Shown here: positions 27,823 to 37,713 of the stretch, one piece after another
Layout: each line of letters starts with the position of its first letter
Position numbering within the stretch: the first letter of the stretch is position 1
Virus record (IMG/VR): IMGVR_UViG_3300037424_000877
Coordinates: 1 to 57,335 of that record
Direction: 5' to 3' (one strand)
Source of the DNA: a virus
Lineage: Duplodnaviria; Caudoviricetes
Length of the DNA: 57,335 nt
Made by a program: the position numbers and the translations under genes
The notes under the pieces: model-generated
Database searches by the model: none
Told to the model about the DNA's origin: nothing
What the model saw: the letters and a program-made list of their open reading frames with translations, nothing else

Positions 27823-28910
27823 GGCCGCAGGAAAACCCCCAACCAGGCGCGCATGTTCGCCGCTTCGGTCGTGTCGAGCAGTCGGTTCGTCACAATGATC
27901 TGCCCAATGTGTCCGTCGCAATCCCCGGTCGAAGGCGGTTGTCCGCCTATCAGGATAGCGTTCGCCCCGGCGCTGTTCGCTAGAGTCCCGGTCGTTGTCG
28001 AGTCTATGACTGCGGGCCGCTCGTTGACTTCGATAGTGAGTGACGGGACCGACGGTCGGCCCTGCGCTCGGAGGATGTAAGGCACGTCAACTTCAGTGTC
28101 AGTCGTGTCGACCGCTTGCAGGTACGGGTTCCCGGCCGTGTTGCCGACGAGAGCGTAGATGTCGCTAGATCCGAGCCACAGCAGGAACCCCGGGGCCGGA
28201 ACGGGACCGGCCAGGAAGTTTGCGAACACAGTCGCCCCGCCGGTGTCGTTGGTCCTGCGCGCAACGGCCCAGACTTCGAAGTCGCCACCGGCGAACTCGA
28301 GCAGGTTGGAGAGTGTGGACAACGTCCCGAAGGTGAGGAACTGGTTCTTCGCCTCGGTGAACCTCAACCCAGGCGCGTTGAACTCGGTCGACGGGGCCGG
28401 CCGACGGTCGACCGTCGTCTGCGTAAACGACCCACCCAGGATCCCCTGGTTCGGAACCGCGCTGACCTTACCTGTGACCTGCGTGATATGTGAGGCCTGC
28501 GACGGATCCGCCCACACCCATAGTGCAGTCCCTAGGGACAACGGAGTCCAGTTCGGGGGGACGTCGGTATTGACCGGGTCCGGTCCGAACTCGTCCTTCG
28601 TCAGGTAGGCCAGCTGAAAGTTCCCGTTCTCGAAGTCGTCAATCAGCGGCGCTCGGGTGAGACCGCGAAGCGAGACGCAGTTGAATACTCCGGTCAATAC
28701 GTCGTCGTGGATCAACCGTTTCAAATCGACGTTCGGTTCAATCCTTCGACCGGTGATCAAATCGCTTCCGTCGACTCGTTGCACGTCGAACAGCCAACCC
28801 GGGGCCTGGAAGTTGTAGCGGAACGTCAGACGAAAGTCCGCCCCCTCCAGAGAAACGGTCTGGGTCGTGTAAGGCTCGTCGGCCCTGGGCGTTGACAGTA
28901 CTTTGATCAC
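27819..28910 (-). CDS. small baseplate protein fused to a C-terminal LamG-like domain
   Basis: N-terminal Q.VSLEG..FRL.FRYN....W.FD; C-terminus resembles 20068..21018. Confidence 0.7.
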   Translation of the reverse strand: MIKVLSTPRADEPYTTQTVSLEGADFRLTFRYNFQAPGWLFDVQRVDGSDLITGRRIEPNVDLKRLIHDDVLTGVFNCVSLRGLTRAPLIDDFENGNFQLAYLTKDEFGPDPVNTDVPPNWTPLSLGTALWVWADPSQASHITQVTGKVSAVPNQGILGGSFTQTTVDRRPAPSTEFNAPGLRFTEAKNQFLTFGTLSTLSNLLEFAGGDFEVWAVARRTNDTGGATVFANFLAGPVPAPGFLLWLGSSDIYALVGNTAGNPYLQAVDTTDTEVDVPYILRAQGRPSVPSLTIEVNERPAVIDSTTTGTLANSAGANAILIGGQPPSTGDCDGHIGQIIVTNRLLDTTEAANMRAWLGVFLRP

Positions 28911-29761
28911 TTTGAGAAATCGTCCCTCTTCTCACGGCGCTTTGCGTCCCCAGCCGCGTCTTCGCTGCCTTCGACTGCGCTGGGTGTTGACCGCGGCACC
29001 GGCGCGTCTTGCTGACCCTTGTCTTTGTCCTTCGTGTTGCGGACATTGGCCGGTTTCGCGGCAACCAGTCCGAGCGCAGTCTCGGCCGTGACGGTCAAGA
29101 CCTGGCTGAACTCCAACGAGAACCGGCCCAGCTCTTCGGTGTGGGAGCGCTTGTACCCCAGCGATTCCATGACCATGGCCGGATAGACCTTCCCGAGCCA
29201 CGACACACGGAAGCTACGCTTCAGGGTCTGAGCCTTCAAGAGCTCGTCGTATAATGTCGTGATCCGGTCCTGGTCTTGGGTCGGCTGGAACGTGTGGATC
29301 TTGATCGACCCTGTCCCGAATGCGCGGCCCGGCAGTTGCATTGTCGTGACCGTCGAGTTTGACGGCTTGAACAGCCCGGCGACGAAGTTGTTGACCGTCT
29401 TCGTCACGGCTAGAAAGTCTAGGAACCCCGCTTCCGGTTGCCTGGGTTCGATCTTGAGTTCGCGGAGCTCGCGCTGCGGCGGCCCGTTGCGCACTGTCAG
29501 ATCCAGCTCGGACAGGGGCACAGCTTCGAAAAGGTTCGGCCCGAGCGGGAACGGGACCTGGGTCTGGACGATCTCGATCTTCAGCTTCGCCGGCTTCAGG
29601 ATCACGTGGTCGGCGATGTTGCCCCCGGTCTCGATCGGGTGCTGTGTCGCTTCGGCCGTGGTCGTCGCTTGCAGCTCGGTTACCATGTCGACGGAGACCA
29701 GGTGCTCGAGGTCTTCTTCGTCGAACCACGAGACCGTATTCTCGAATTGCCTGCGGGCCAT
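28907..29761 (-). CDS. Dit-like baseplate/tail tip protein
   Basis: ATQHPIETGGNIADHVILKP motif, follows tape measure. Confidence 0.8.
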   Translation of the reverse strand: MARRQFENTVSWFDEEDLEHLVSVDMVTELQATTTAEATQHPIETGGNIADHVILKPAKLKIEIVQTQVPFPLGPNLFEAVPLSELDLTVRNGPPQRELRELKIEPRQPEAGFLDFLAVTKTVNNFVAGLFKPSNSTVTTMQLPGRAFGTGSIKIHTFQPTQDQDRITTLYDELLKAQTLKRSFRVSWLGKVYPAMVMESLGYKRSHTEELGRFSLEFSQVLTVTAETALGLVAAKPANVRNTKDKDKGQQDAPVPRSTPSAVEGSEDAAGDAKRREKRDDFSK

Positions 29762-31713
29762 TATCCGCCCGCCAGTGTGCCGTCCAGAATGGCTTGCGGA
29801 CTTCGGTCTCTGAGCGCCCTGGTCACGCCTTGTTCGGCGGCCGTGCCTACTGCACCAGGCTCGCCCGTCGGGACCGTGATGTTGATGTTCACCCCTCCCA
29901 TGTTCGTAGTCGAGGAACCAGTCAAAAAACGCGGCATGCCGGACGGTTTCAGAAAGCTGTTAGGGTTGTCCTTGATTCCGAGATTCGTCGCCGGGAATAG
30001 CTTGTCCAGCGCATTGCCGAGCCCGCGAAACAGTCCGGTCCCCGGGACTGACTCCAGTGTGGCCTTCACTGTGTCCGAGAAGTTTTGATGAAACAGCGGG
30101 TCGTTCTTCACACCTGCGACAATCGCGTCGCCCGGTTTCTTCTCTTTGACCAGGCCCATAGCTTCGCCGACCCAGCCCAGAGAAGCGATCAAGGCCTGAC
30201 CGAATGCGGTTCCGAGTTTCGTGATCTTGTCAAAGAACGAAGTGAAAAACCGCTGGGACAATTCTTCGAAAGAGATCTTACCGGTCGCGAAGTCTTTGAC
30301 GGTCTGAACAAACTCGTCGAAACCGACTTTCAGTCTCACGATCCACATCTGAGACTCGGTTGGGGCAAGCGCGTCGCCGGAAAACACGGCCGCAATATCT
30401 CGTAGTGTGTCCCTGAGATCTCGCGCGAACGTTGCCGCCGTCCCGATCCCGAACAGGCTGTCGACGATGTCCCCGAGAATCGTCCGTCCGCCAATGAAGA
30501 ACGTGAACAGCTCGTCCATGATCAACAGAGGAGCCAAGACCTTCAAGAGCAAGAACTTGATCGCCCCGAGCGCGCCCGCCCAGAGTCCAAACTTCACACC
30601 CATGTGTGTGATGATCGAAAGCGCGGTCGCGCCTGCGCCAACCCAGATTGACGTGAACAGCTGCGACTGTTGCGACATCCGGTTCAGCCAGTTGGTCGCC
30701 CTGAGCAGGTTGTCAACCAGCGATCCGAACACTCCGGTGCTCGCACCAAGCGTGTTGAGAATGAACCGCGTGAACTGCTTGCCGACCAGCTGAAGCTTGT
30801 CACCGATCTCGTCCAGCGCCTTGGCGTCCTTGGTCGAGATGACGACTCCGAGCCGTTCCATTTCGTCGAGGAACTTCTCCGCTTCCTTGCGTCCCTTGGC
30901 CAGGACAGGCACGAGCGCTTGCCCCGTCTTCCCGAGCAGCTTTTGCGCGAGCGCAAGGCGCTTCGTCGGGTCGTCCATGTCGGCGAGCCCGAGCGCGGTG
31001 TCGCGCATGATCGTGTTCAGGTCCTTGAGGGTCCCGTCGCTGTTCTTCACTTCGACGTTCAGGCTCTTGAACGCTGCCGTGACGGTCTTCTCGCGACCGA
31101 ACGACTCAGCCGACTTGGCCAAGAAGTTGAACACCTTGTTCATGTTCTCGGCTGTGCCGCCGGCCTGTTCCATGGCCGTGTGCCAGACCTGGATGTTCTC
31201 GATCGAGACCCCGGTCTTGTCGCTCACGTCCGCAAGAGCCGCAGCGCTGTCTGCCATCTGCTTGACGAAGTTGGCAACCAGACCGCCCGCAATCGCGGTC
31301 GCGAATCCGAACAGGCCCCAGACACGGCGAGCTCGTCCCAAGAACCCGAGGAACCCCTCGCCCTTGCGCTGAGCTTCGTCCACCCCGTTCAGGAAGTTGT
31401 CGAACCAGTGTCCACCGCGCAACGGCTGTCCGAGCTGGGCCGCGATCTGTTCTCCGATGTTGAACTGTTGCAGACGCATCGCCGCAATGCCGAGCCCGGC
31501 GGCCCCTCCGGGGCGATCGACTCTAGACCTTTGACTAGCGGCTTCGAGTCGAGCTTCGAGCCCGGCACGCTTGATCTTCTGCCCGAGCTCTTCGTAGGCC
31601 CGGCCCAGTTGGCGCGCTTTTTCTTTGCCGTCGTCAAGCGCAGCGTTCGCTCGCCCGACGTCTTTCGCGTCTACGGCAACGCGGAAACTTGCAAAGAGGT
31701 CACGAAGCGCCAT
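29761..31713 (-). CDS. tape measure protein
   Basis: helical Ala/Gly-rich 650 aa with hydrophobic stretches; position after chaperone. Confidence 0.85.
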   Translation of the reverse strand: MALRDLFASFRVAVDAKDVGRANAALDDGKEKARQLGRAYEELGQKIKRAGLEARLEAASQRSRVDRPGGAAGLGIAAMRLQQFNIGEQIAAQLGQPLRGGHWFDNFLNGVDEAQRKGEGFLGFLGRARRVWGLFGFATAIAGGLVANFVKQMADSAAALADVSDKTGVSIENIQVWHTAMEQAGGTAENMNKVFNFLAKSAESFGREKTVTAAFKSLNVEVKNSDGTLKDLNTIMRDTALGLADMDDPTKRLALAQKLLGKTGQALVPVLAKGRKEAEKFLDEMERLGVVISTKDAKALDEIGDKLQLVGKQFTRFILNTLGASTGVFGSLVDNLLRATNWLNRMSQQSQLFTSIWVGAGATALSIITHMGVKFGLWAGALGAIKFLLLKVLAPLLIMDELFTFFIGGRTILGDIVDSLFGIGTAATFARDLRDTLRDIAAVFSGDALAPTESQMWIVRLKVGFDEFVQTVKDFATGKISFEELSQRFFTSFFDKITKLGTAFGQALIASLGWVGEAMGLVKEKKPGDAIVAGVKNDPLFHQNFSDTVKATLESVPGTGLFRGLGNALDKLFPATNLGIKDNPNSFLKPSGMPRFLTGSSTTNMGGVNINITVPTGEPGAVGTAAEQGVTRALRDRSPQAILDGTLAGG

Positions 31714-31939
31714 GTCTTTTTGCTTTCGCCTCGCGTCTGCGGTCCAGCCGATCGAGCTCTAGCAAAACTAAATAGGCTTGGACCAGGTCGCTCAGGCTCC
31801 AGTGCTGGACAATTTCTGCGTAGGAGTCCTTTATTCGGGAATCGGTTGCGACTCGCCAGACTTCCCACCGACACCAAGATGGGAGGCGAACTTGCTCATG
31901 TGATTGGTCAGGAGCGTCTGGCCAGCGGACTCTAAAAAA
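31700..31939 (-). CDS. -1 frameshift extension of tail assembly chaperone (gpGT-like)
   Basis: slippery T-TTT-TTA at 31939-31933; -1 frame open to TGA at 31700 (...WSLSDLVQAYLVLLELDRLD...). Confidence 0.8.
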   Translation of the reverse strand, partial: FFRVRWPDAPDQSHEQVRLPSWCRWEVWRVATDSRIKDSYAEIVQHWSLSDLVQAYLVLLELDRLDRRREAKAKRHGAS

Positions 31940-32277
31940 TCAGCGAATTGCCTCGAGATACATTCGGTCAACCAACACACCAGGCGCACGTTCTTGCCGC
32001 CGAACGTGTGCTCGGACACGCCCGGGTTCATGTCGACTGGCTTGCCGTTCAGCTCGACCTTCGTCAGCGGGAAGAACGCTTCGGCGATCGGCCGTAGCGA
32101 CTTCAAACAGCTTAGGTCAAACTTGTTGCCGTTCGACATGTCTGAACCTGCTTTGAAAGCCCCGGCGACCAGCGTCCCGACCTCTGATGAGAGATCAAGC
32201 GCTTGCAGCACCGGCATTTTCTTCAGGTAGAACGTCGTCCCATCAACTTCAAAACTCTCGTACCCAGGTAGTGACAT
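31831..32277 (-). CDS. tail assembly chaperone
   Basis: between tube and tape measure; ends ...FADFL at slippery site. Confidence 0.8.
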   Translation of the reverse strand: MSLPGYESFEVDGTTFYLKKMPVLQALDLSSEVGTLVAGAFKAGSDMSNGNKFDLSCLKSLRPIAEAFFPLTKVELNGKPVDMNPGVSEHTFGGKNVRLVCWLTECISRQFADFLESAGQTLLTNHMSKFASHLGVGGKSGESQPIPE

Positions 32278-32296
32278 TTTCCTCCGACACGTTTAC

Positions 32297-32740
32297 TTAC
32301 CGTCCGCCAACCAAAGCAGACGCGGGCTCTGCTACTAGCTGGAACATCCAGGTCACTTCTTTTTCCTCTTCGCCTGAGCTGTACTCGGGAGTGCCTTTGA
32401 TCCAGCACAGGCCCGCGTACTTCGTAGCGCCGTTGTTGTCGATGTAGAGGAAAGGTCCGATACCCACACCGTTGGTGCTGGCTTCGTCGGCCGCGAAAGC
32501 CGCAGCGAAGATCTGAGAAGCGTTCGAGCTTTGGAGCAAGGTCACCTCGACGTCATAGACGCGGCTGCCCTTTCGGAATCGCACAACGAGGTTGCTGTTC
32601 GCGTCCTGCATCACACCGAAGCTCTCATCGGTCTGGGTGATCTTGACGAACTCCCCTTTGGCCCGACCGTCCTCGACGGAGATCCCGAGACAGACAAGAA
32701 GCTCGGCTCTGGTGTCTTTATTTGCTACTCGTGCGGCCAT
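32297..32740 (-). CDS. tail tube protein (DUF3277-like)
   Basis: VTLLQSS.....L pattern, CWIKGTP..., follows sheath. Confidence 0.8.
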   Translation of the reverse strand: MAARVANKDTRAELLVCLGISVEDGRAKGEFVKITQTDESFGVMQDANSNLVVRFRKGSRVYDVEVTLLQSSNASQIFAAAFAADEASTNGVGIGPFLYIDNNGATKYAGLCWIKGTPEYSSGEEEKEVTWMFQLVAEPASALVGGR

Positions 32741-34068
32741 TAGACGGTCACCGTGCCTTCTACCGATTGGACTTGGCCGATTGCACCCTGCAACGTGGCC
32801 GTGAAGTTGATGTTACGCAGGATGCGGTTCGCCTTGTCCACCTGCGGGACCGTGCTGAACTCGGGGACCGTGACCGTGAAGCCGCCGGCTGAACCTGCTG
32901 CGATGATCACACCGAGCGCCGCAGCCTGAGCTAGTGTGCTCTCGACCACCGACTGTACCTGTGCGATCCCGGCCGGTGTGTAGGTGACGATTTCCTGCGT
33001 CGCGAGCAGTGTCAGGATGTTCGCGCGCATGGTGCTCTTCAGCCACTCCATGTTGCGCGTAATGTCCATGAACCGCAGGCTCGTGTTGTAGGGCTCGTGC
33101 GTCCGGTTGAGGCCGCTGAAAATCGCATACGCGATTGCGCCTTTGTTCTCGATGAGACCGAACTCGGTCGCGTTCCAGTTGTCAGGAAGCGCGCCGGGGA
33201 GTTCCTTCAAGTGAGCCCAGCTGGATCCGACCGCCCTGGACAGCTGTCGTCCGAGCAGGGACGCAGCGGCCTGTCCTTTCATGTCCTTGGTGACAAGCAC
33301 CTTCGCGAACTTGTACGCAGCCGCGACGAAGTCAGACGCGACGTCGGACGAGCCCGCTGTGTGGACCTCGCTGTCGGCGGACTGGTGAATGAATTGTCGA
33401 GCGTTCGACTGCGCCCACGCAGCCGCAGCGTTCCCCTCCAGTTCGCCCTGCCCGTCGATGACGAACGCGAACCAGTCAGGGTCGGCCGCAAGAGCTGCGG
33501 CGAGATCGGTTGCGATACCGGCGTCGGCGGACGTGTCTTCGAGGACCAGCGCGCGCGGGACGTTGCGGAAGAATACTCGGCGGACTTCAGGATCCGTACA
33601 AGTGACCGTGATGACGTTGGTCGTGACCGAAGCGTCTACCCCGCCAGCGGCTTCGATCAGCGGCTCGAGTGCTGCGGCAACCGTGCTGGTCGTCGCGCCG
33701 GCCAGTACTGTGTAGACAATAGCCGTGTCGTTGACCAGGAAATCATACTTGTACCCTTCGACCGCGCCCTCTGCGCCGACGGTCAAGGTAATCGTCTGGA
33801 CGTTCTCGAGCGCACGCGGCCAGACTTTCATCAGGCTTACCCGCGGCGACTGAGCGCGCACAGCATCTAGCTTGTAGATGAAGTCGCTAGTCTCGGTGAA
33901 GCCGTCGGCGATCGCCGCAGTACGACCCGCAGCGGAGGTATTGTAAGTCCGCATTCCCGGACCGAGTTCGTGATACGTCACTGCAAGCAGCGTGCCAAAG
34001 TCGTCTCGACTCGCCGTCTGGTCTTGGACCGTGACGTTAACTGTTACAATCTCGGTCGGATCAGCCAT
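32740..34068 (-). CDS. tail sheath protein (DUF3383-like)
   Basis: IV.VNV...FGTLL, GSSWAHLKELPG, FMDITR..EWL, F.ATLQGAI. Confidence 0.88.
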   Translation of the reverse strand: MADPTEIVTVNVTVQDQTASRDDFGTLLAVTYHELGPGMRTYNTSAAGRTAAIADGFTETSDFIYKLDAVRAQSPRVSLMKVWPRALENVQTITLTVGAEGAVEGYKYDFLVNDTAIVYTVLAGATTSTVAAALEPLIEAAGGVDASVTTNVITVTCTDPEVRRVFFRNVPRALVLEDTSADAGIATDLAAALAADPDWFAFVIDGQGELEGNAAAAWAQSNARQFIHQSADSEVHTAGSSDVASDFVAAAYKFAKVLVTKDMKGQAAASLLGRQLSRAVGSSWAHLKELPGALPDNWNATEFGLIENKGAIAYAIFSGLNRTHEPYNTSLRFMDITRNMEWLKSTMRANILTLLATQEIVTYTPAGIAQVQSVVESTLAQAAALGVIIAAGSAGGFTVTVPEFSTVPQVDKANRILRNINFTATLQGAIGQVQSVEGTVTV

Positions 34069-34638
34069 TTATTCAGTGCTCCAAGGCTGGCCTACAGTGT
34101 CCAGCGTAGCGGTGCCTTCGGACGCACCAATGGTATATTGTAGCGGGTTTGGCACGGTTTCTGCAAGGAAAAATTCTGCTCGAAACGGAATGTCAAAAGT
34201 CCAGGTAGAAAGGGTCCGGTTGTCGGGGCCTTTCGACCGGTGAAATTGCAACGGCCCGAGGAAGCTGAGCAGGGTGAGTTCCTGATTCGGGTCTGCTTTC
34301 AGGACGTTGCGGGCTGTCTCGGTGAAAACGGCCAAGCGCAATTTCTGTGCCACGTCGATCGCGGACGGTTCCGAGGTGTGGCTTATCGACTCGACCTGAA
34401 CCTGTAGCTCGAACCGCTCGACCTTCGAATAGCCGACGATGTCTAGGTTCAGCCCGTTCGGAGCCGTCACCGTGCGAGGCGAGCGAAACTCTTCGCGGAC
34501 GTTCATGACCTCGAGCGCGACGACGGGATCTCCGTGCGCGGTCCAGTCTTGGTCCTTGTAGCGGACGAGCTCGATCGGGAAAGTCGGATACGACTTCAAG
34601 ATCGCAGCGTGAACGAATGAGCGGAGGACAGCGAGCAC
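34069..34638 (-). CDS. neck / tail terminator protein
   Basis: position upstream of sheath; size. Confidence 0.6.
   Translation of the reverse strand: MLAVLRSFVHAAILKSYPTFPIELVRYKDQDWTAHGDPVVALEVMNVREEFRSPRTVTAPNGLNLDIVGYSKVERFELQVQVESISHTSEPSAIDVAQKLRLAVFTETARNVLKADPNQELTLLSFLGPLQFHRSKGPDNRTLSTWTFDIPFRAEFFLAETVPNPLQYTIGASEGTATLDTVGQPWSTE
34150..34165 (+). promoter_or_regulatory. sigma54-type -24/-12 box, antisense to virion genes
   Basis: TGGCAC-GGTTT-CTGCA. Confidence 0.4.
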
Positions 34639-34663
34639 GTTAGATTATACCTCAACTGTAAGA

Positions 34664-37219
34664 TCAGAGCCAGCCTTGAGACAATCCCGGGGATCCGGTT
34701 GGGGTGTTGGCCGGCGGGACGAGCCCGAGCCAGCTGTGTGTATTGATTAAACCGGTCCCGTTTAACACGGCTTGGAGCGACAGCTGTGCTTGAACCACGG
34801 CTGTCAGAGCTGCGTCACCGGTGAGGTTGGCTTGGACAGACAGCGAGGCCGCAATCGTTGTGTTTAGCGCACCAGATTGCTGTTCCAGTATTGCGTCAAT
34901 CGTAAGCACGGCCGGTACAGACGCGCTCAGCGCACCGTCCGCCGTCAAGACTCCGGTCGTGGTCTCTACTGCCGCAACCGTCGCCTGCAGCGCACCGTCG
35001 GCCGTCAGGACTCCGGTTGTGGTCTCTGCTGCCGCAACTGTGGCCTGCAATGCACCGTCCGCCGTCAGATTCGCTTGAACAGACAGAGAGGCCGCCACCG
35101 TTGCTGTCAGGTCCTGTTCCAGGAGCCCCGAGACAGTCAGCACCGCCGGTACAGACGCGCTCAGCGCACCGTCCGCCGTCAGGACTCCGGTCGTGGTCTC
35201 CGCTGCCGCAACCGTGGACTGTAGCGCACCGTCCGCCGTCAAGACCGCCGACACAGCTCCGACAGCCGACACCGTGGCTTGCAACGCACCGTTAGCCGTC
35301 AGGACTCCGGTCGTGGTCTCTGCTGCGGCAACCGTGGCCTGCAACGCACCGTCTGCTGTCAAAGTCGCGACTATGCCTAGAGCCGACGAAACAATAGCCG
35401 TCAGGTCCTGTTCCAGCAGCCCCGAGACAGTCAGCACCGCCGGCACGGACGCGCTCAGTGCGCCGTCGGCCGTCAAGGTTCCGGTCGTGGTCTCTGCTGC
35501 GGCAACCGTGGCTTGCAACGTACCGTCGGCCGTCAAGGCTCCGGTCGTGGTCTCCACTGCGGCAACCGTGGCCTGCAACGCACCGTTCGCCGTCAGGACT
35601 CCGGTCGTGGTCTCCACTGCGGCAACCGTGGCCTGCAACGCGCCGTCGGCCGTCAGGACTGCGGTCGTGGTCTCTACTGCCGCAACTGTGGCCTGTAACA
35701 CACCGTTCGCCGTCAGGACTGCGGTCGTGGTCTCCACTGCGGCAACCGTGGCCTGTAACACACCGTTCGCCGTCAGCACTGCGGTCGTGGTCTCTACTGC
35801 CGCAACCGTGGCCTGCAACGCACCGTCAGCCGTCAGGACCGCCGACACAGCTCCGACAGCCGACACCGTAGCCGACATATCGCCTGCGGCAACCGGCGCT
35901 ATCACTAGCGTCGTTAGAGCAACACGCAGTGATGCAGTTATCGTGTGTACGACTGACTGTGCGCCGGTCTGTGTAGTCAACCCCTTTGCCCGGCACTCAA
36001 ACCAGGCGCCACCAGTCGCCATTGAACAGGCGCCACGGGGGACGCCGGTAAACCCTGCAATCGTGTGGCTCACGACGGTCCAAGCAGGGTTGTTGTTATA
36101 GGCGAGACTAAGTATCAGGCAATCTGCTACCGCAACGGGGCTCGCAGTCGCTGAGGTTGCAACCGCTGACGCGGCGTTCGCGACGTCCGACAGATTCGCC
36201 GACTGATCTGCATTCTCGACGCAAATCGCTTGCGTGTACGCCGCCGCACTACCTCCCGCGATGCTGACGACTATGTTGTTGGCTCCGTCCGCCGGCAGAT
36301 CAGCTTCCCTGAGCTCCCACCACACGATCTGCATGATGTTATCGCCAATGACGTCGGCCGTGTCTGTGCCGTCCGTGCATTTGGTCATCGATACGCCGCC
36401 GTACGTGACGGAGCTGAACGTAACGCCGGTAGTGCCCTCGGTCCCGGTGCCAACGAATAAACGGCGATTGCCGGCGGTTCCGGCGTCCAACGTAAACGAG
36501 TTGGTGAATGGCCCAGCCCCGGAAGCGTTCTGGTAGCTTTGTGATCGCAGGATCGGGATCGCGTGCGCCGTTTGCGCAGTGCGCACCGCGACGGTCGCGG
36601 CTGACCATTGCTCTGTTGCGCGAGTTGTGGTGCCGGGATTGTCGGAACCGGCGGTCAGCTCTCGCTCGCTGACCAGCTGTGCACAACGATTTGTGGTCGT
36701 TGCGTCTGTTGTTATCTGGAGCGCTTCGCTCGAATTTACGCCATAGCTTGTCGAGTCCGCCGTAAACGCGACGTTCTCGTCGCCGCCCGCGTGCTCAATC
36801 CACAGCGTGTCCTCTGTCGCCCAGTCCGCTGGGTCCAGATTCGGCGGGTCAGGGTTTGTAGAGTTGCCCGAAGACAGCGCAAACGCAGGCGCAGTGTTGG
36901 GGTCAAACCCTGTGATCCGTACGGTGCGAGCGCACCAGTTTTCGGACGCTCCCGTAATCGAGAGCGTGCCCTCGTTCCCGTTTGCAATTTTGCACAACGC
37001 CCAGATATACGACGCTGCCGTGCCACCAGACACTTGCTGATAGAGTGGCGTCCACCCTATCATCGCGTCGCCATACGTAGGCGCAGCTGAGCCGTCCTTG
37101 GTGAAGAACGCTAACAGTAAGTCGCCAAGTGCTATTGACGCTGGAACGCTAGCAGTGTACGTCGTCGCGTTCGCCGACGCTACGTTCGAGTTACGGGTTG
37201 GGACAGCCGGAAAAGTCAT
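34664..37219 (-). CDS. large fibre/adhesin-like virion protein with ~20-aa tandem repeats
   Basis: two beta-rich N-terminal domains; many ADGALQATVAAxETTTxVLT repeats. Confidence 0.7.
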   Translation of the reverse strand: MTFPAVPTRNSNVASANATTYTASVPASIALGDLLLAFFTKDGSAAPTYGDAMIGWTPLYQQVSGGTAASYIWALCKIANGNEGTLSITGASENWCARTVRITGFDPNTAPAFALSSGNSTNPDPPNLDPADWATEDTLWIEHAGGDENVAFTADSTSYGVNSSEALQITTDATTTNRCAQLVSERELTAGSDNPGTTTRATEQWSAATVAVRTAQTAHAIPILRSQSYQNASGAGPFTNSFTLDAGTAGNRRLFVGTGTEGTTGVTFSSVTYGGVSMTKCTDGTDTADVIGDNIMQIVWWELREADLPADGANNIVVSIAGGSAAAYTQAICVENADQSANLSDVANAASAVATSATASPVAVADCLILSLAYNNNPAWTVVSHTIAGFTGVPRGACSMATGGAWFECRAKGLTTQTGAQSVVHTITASLRVALTTLVIAPVAAGDMSATVSAVGAVSAVLTADGALQATVAAVETTTAVLTANGVLQATVAAVETTTAVLTANGVLQATVAAVETTTAVLTADGALQATVAAVETTTGVLTANGALQATVAAVETTTGALTADGTLQATVAAAETTTGTLTADGALSASVPAVLTVSGLLEQDLTAIVSSALGIVATLTADGALQATVAAAETTTGVLTANGALQATVSAVGAVSAVLTADGALQSTVAAAETTTGVLTADGALSASVPAVLTVSGLLEQDLTATVAASLSVQANLTADGALQATVAAAETTTGVLTADGALQATVAAVETTTGVLTADGALSASVPAVLTIDAILEQQSGALNTTIAASLSVQANLTGDAALTAVVQAQLSLQAVLNGTGLINTHSWLGLVPPANTPTGSPGLSQGWL
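34800..35880. repeat. ~60-bp tandem coding repeats
   Basis: GCCGTCAGGACTCCGGTCGTGGTCTC...GCAACCGTGGCCTGCAACGCACCGT units. Confidence 0.9.
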
Positions 37220-37230
37220 GGGTAAAACGC

Positions 37231-37260
37231 AAAGCCCCGAGCCCTACTGGGACCCGGGGC
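37231..37260 (-). terminator. hairpin with short U-tract
   Basis: GCCCCG...CGGGGC followed by TTT on minus strand. Confidence 0.5.
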
Positions 37261-37281
37261 CTGAACGCGCCATGCCCGGCC

Positions 37282-37713
37282 TTAGTCGAGCGTGAAGTTC
37301 AGCTCACCGATAGCGAACTTGGGAGTTATCCCAGACGAGACCGCCAACGACGCGCCGAGTGCGCCGGACGCGAGCAATTTACCGGCACCAGATGACGCGG
37401 TCCCTGCCCCGACATGCGTGATCGTGTTCGAACCGCCGGTACACGCAGGGAACGCTACCTCTGCGTCGTTGTCGCAAGTGCCTGATGTCACAGTCCAACC
37501 AGATGTAGTCCGCGCGACTGCAACTCGAGCATAGGACGTATAAGTCGCTTCAGAGGTCGTCTGGTCACCGGCTTCGCCTGGATCTGCTGTGTGTAGCGAG
37601 ATGTAGATATTGGTGATCGGAGACGTAGCGGCATTGTCGGCAATGTTCGCAATCGCGGTCGCTGTGAAAATCAACGACAAGATGTCGTTTTCAAATGTGT
37701 TCTGCCAACTCAT
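37282..37713 (-). CDS. small virion structural protein (fibre-associated)
   Basis: YISLHTADPGEAG....E..Y..YAR..V motif common in small phage structural proteins. Confidence 0.7.
   Translation of the reverse strand: MSWQNTFENDILSLIFTATAIANIADNAATSPITNIYISLHTADPGEAGDQTTSEATYTSYARVAVARTTSGWTVTSGTCDNDAEVAFPACTGGSNTITHVGAGTASSGAGKLLASGALGASLAVSSGITPKFAIGELNFTLD

Noticed and set aside
30670-31935. Long plus-strand ORFs (also 38764..39759, 35193..36101, 52938..53972)
   Set aside because: Antisense shadows of genuine minus-strand genes in GC-rich or repetitive DNA.
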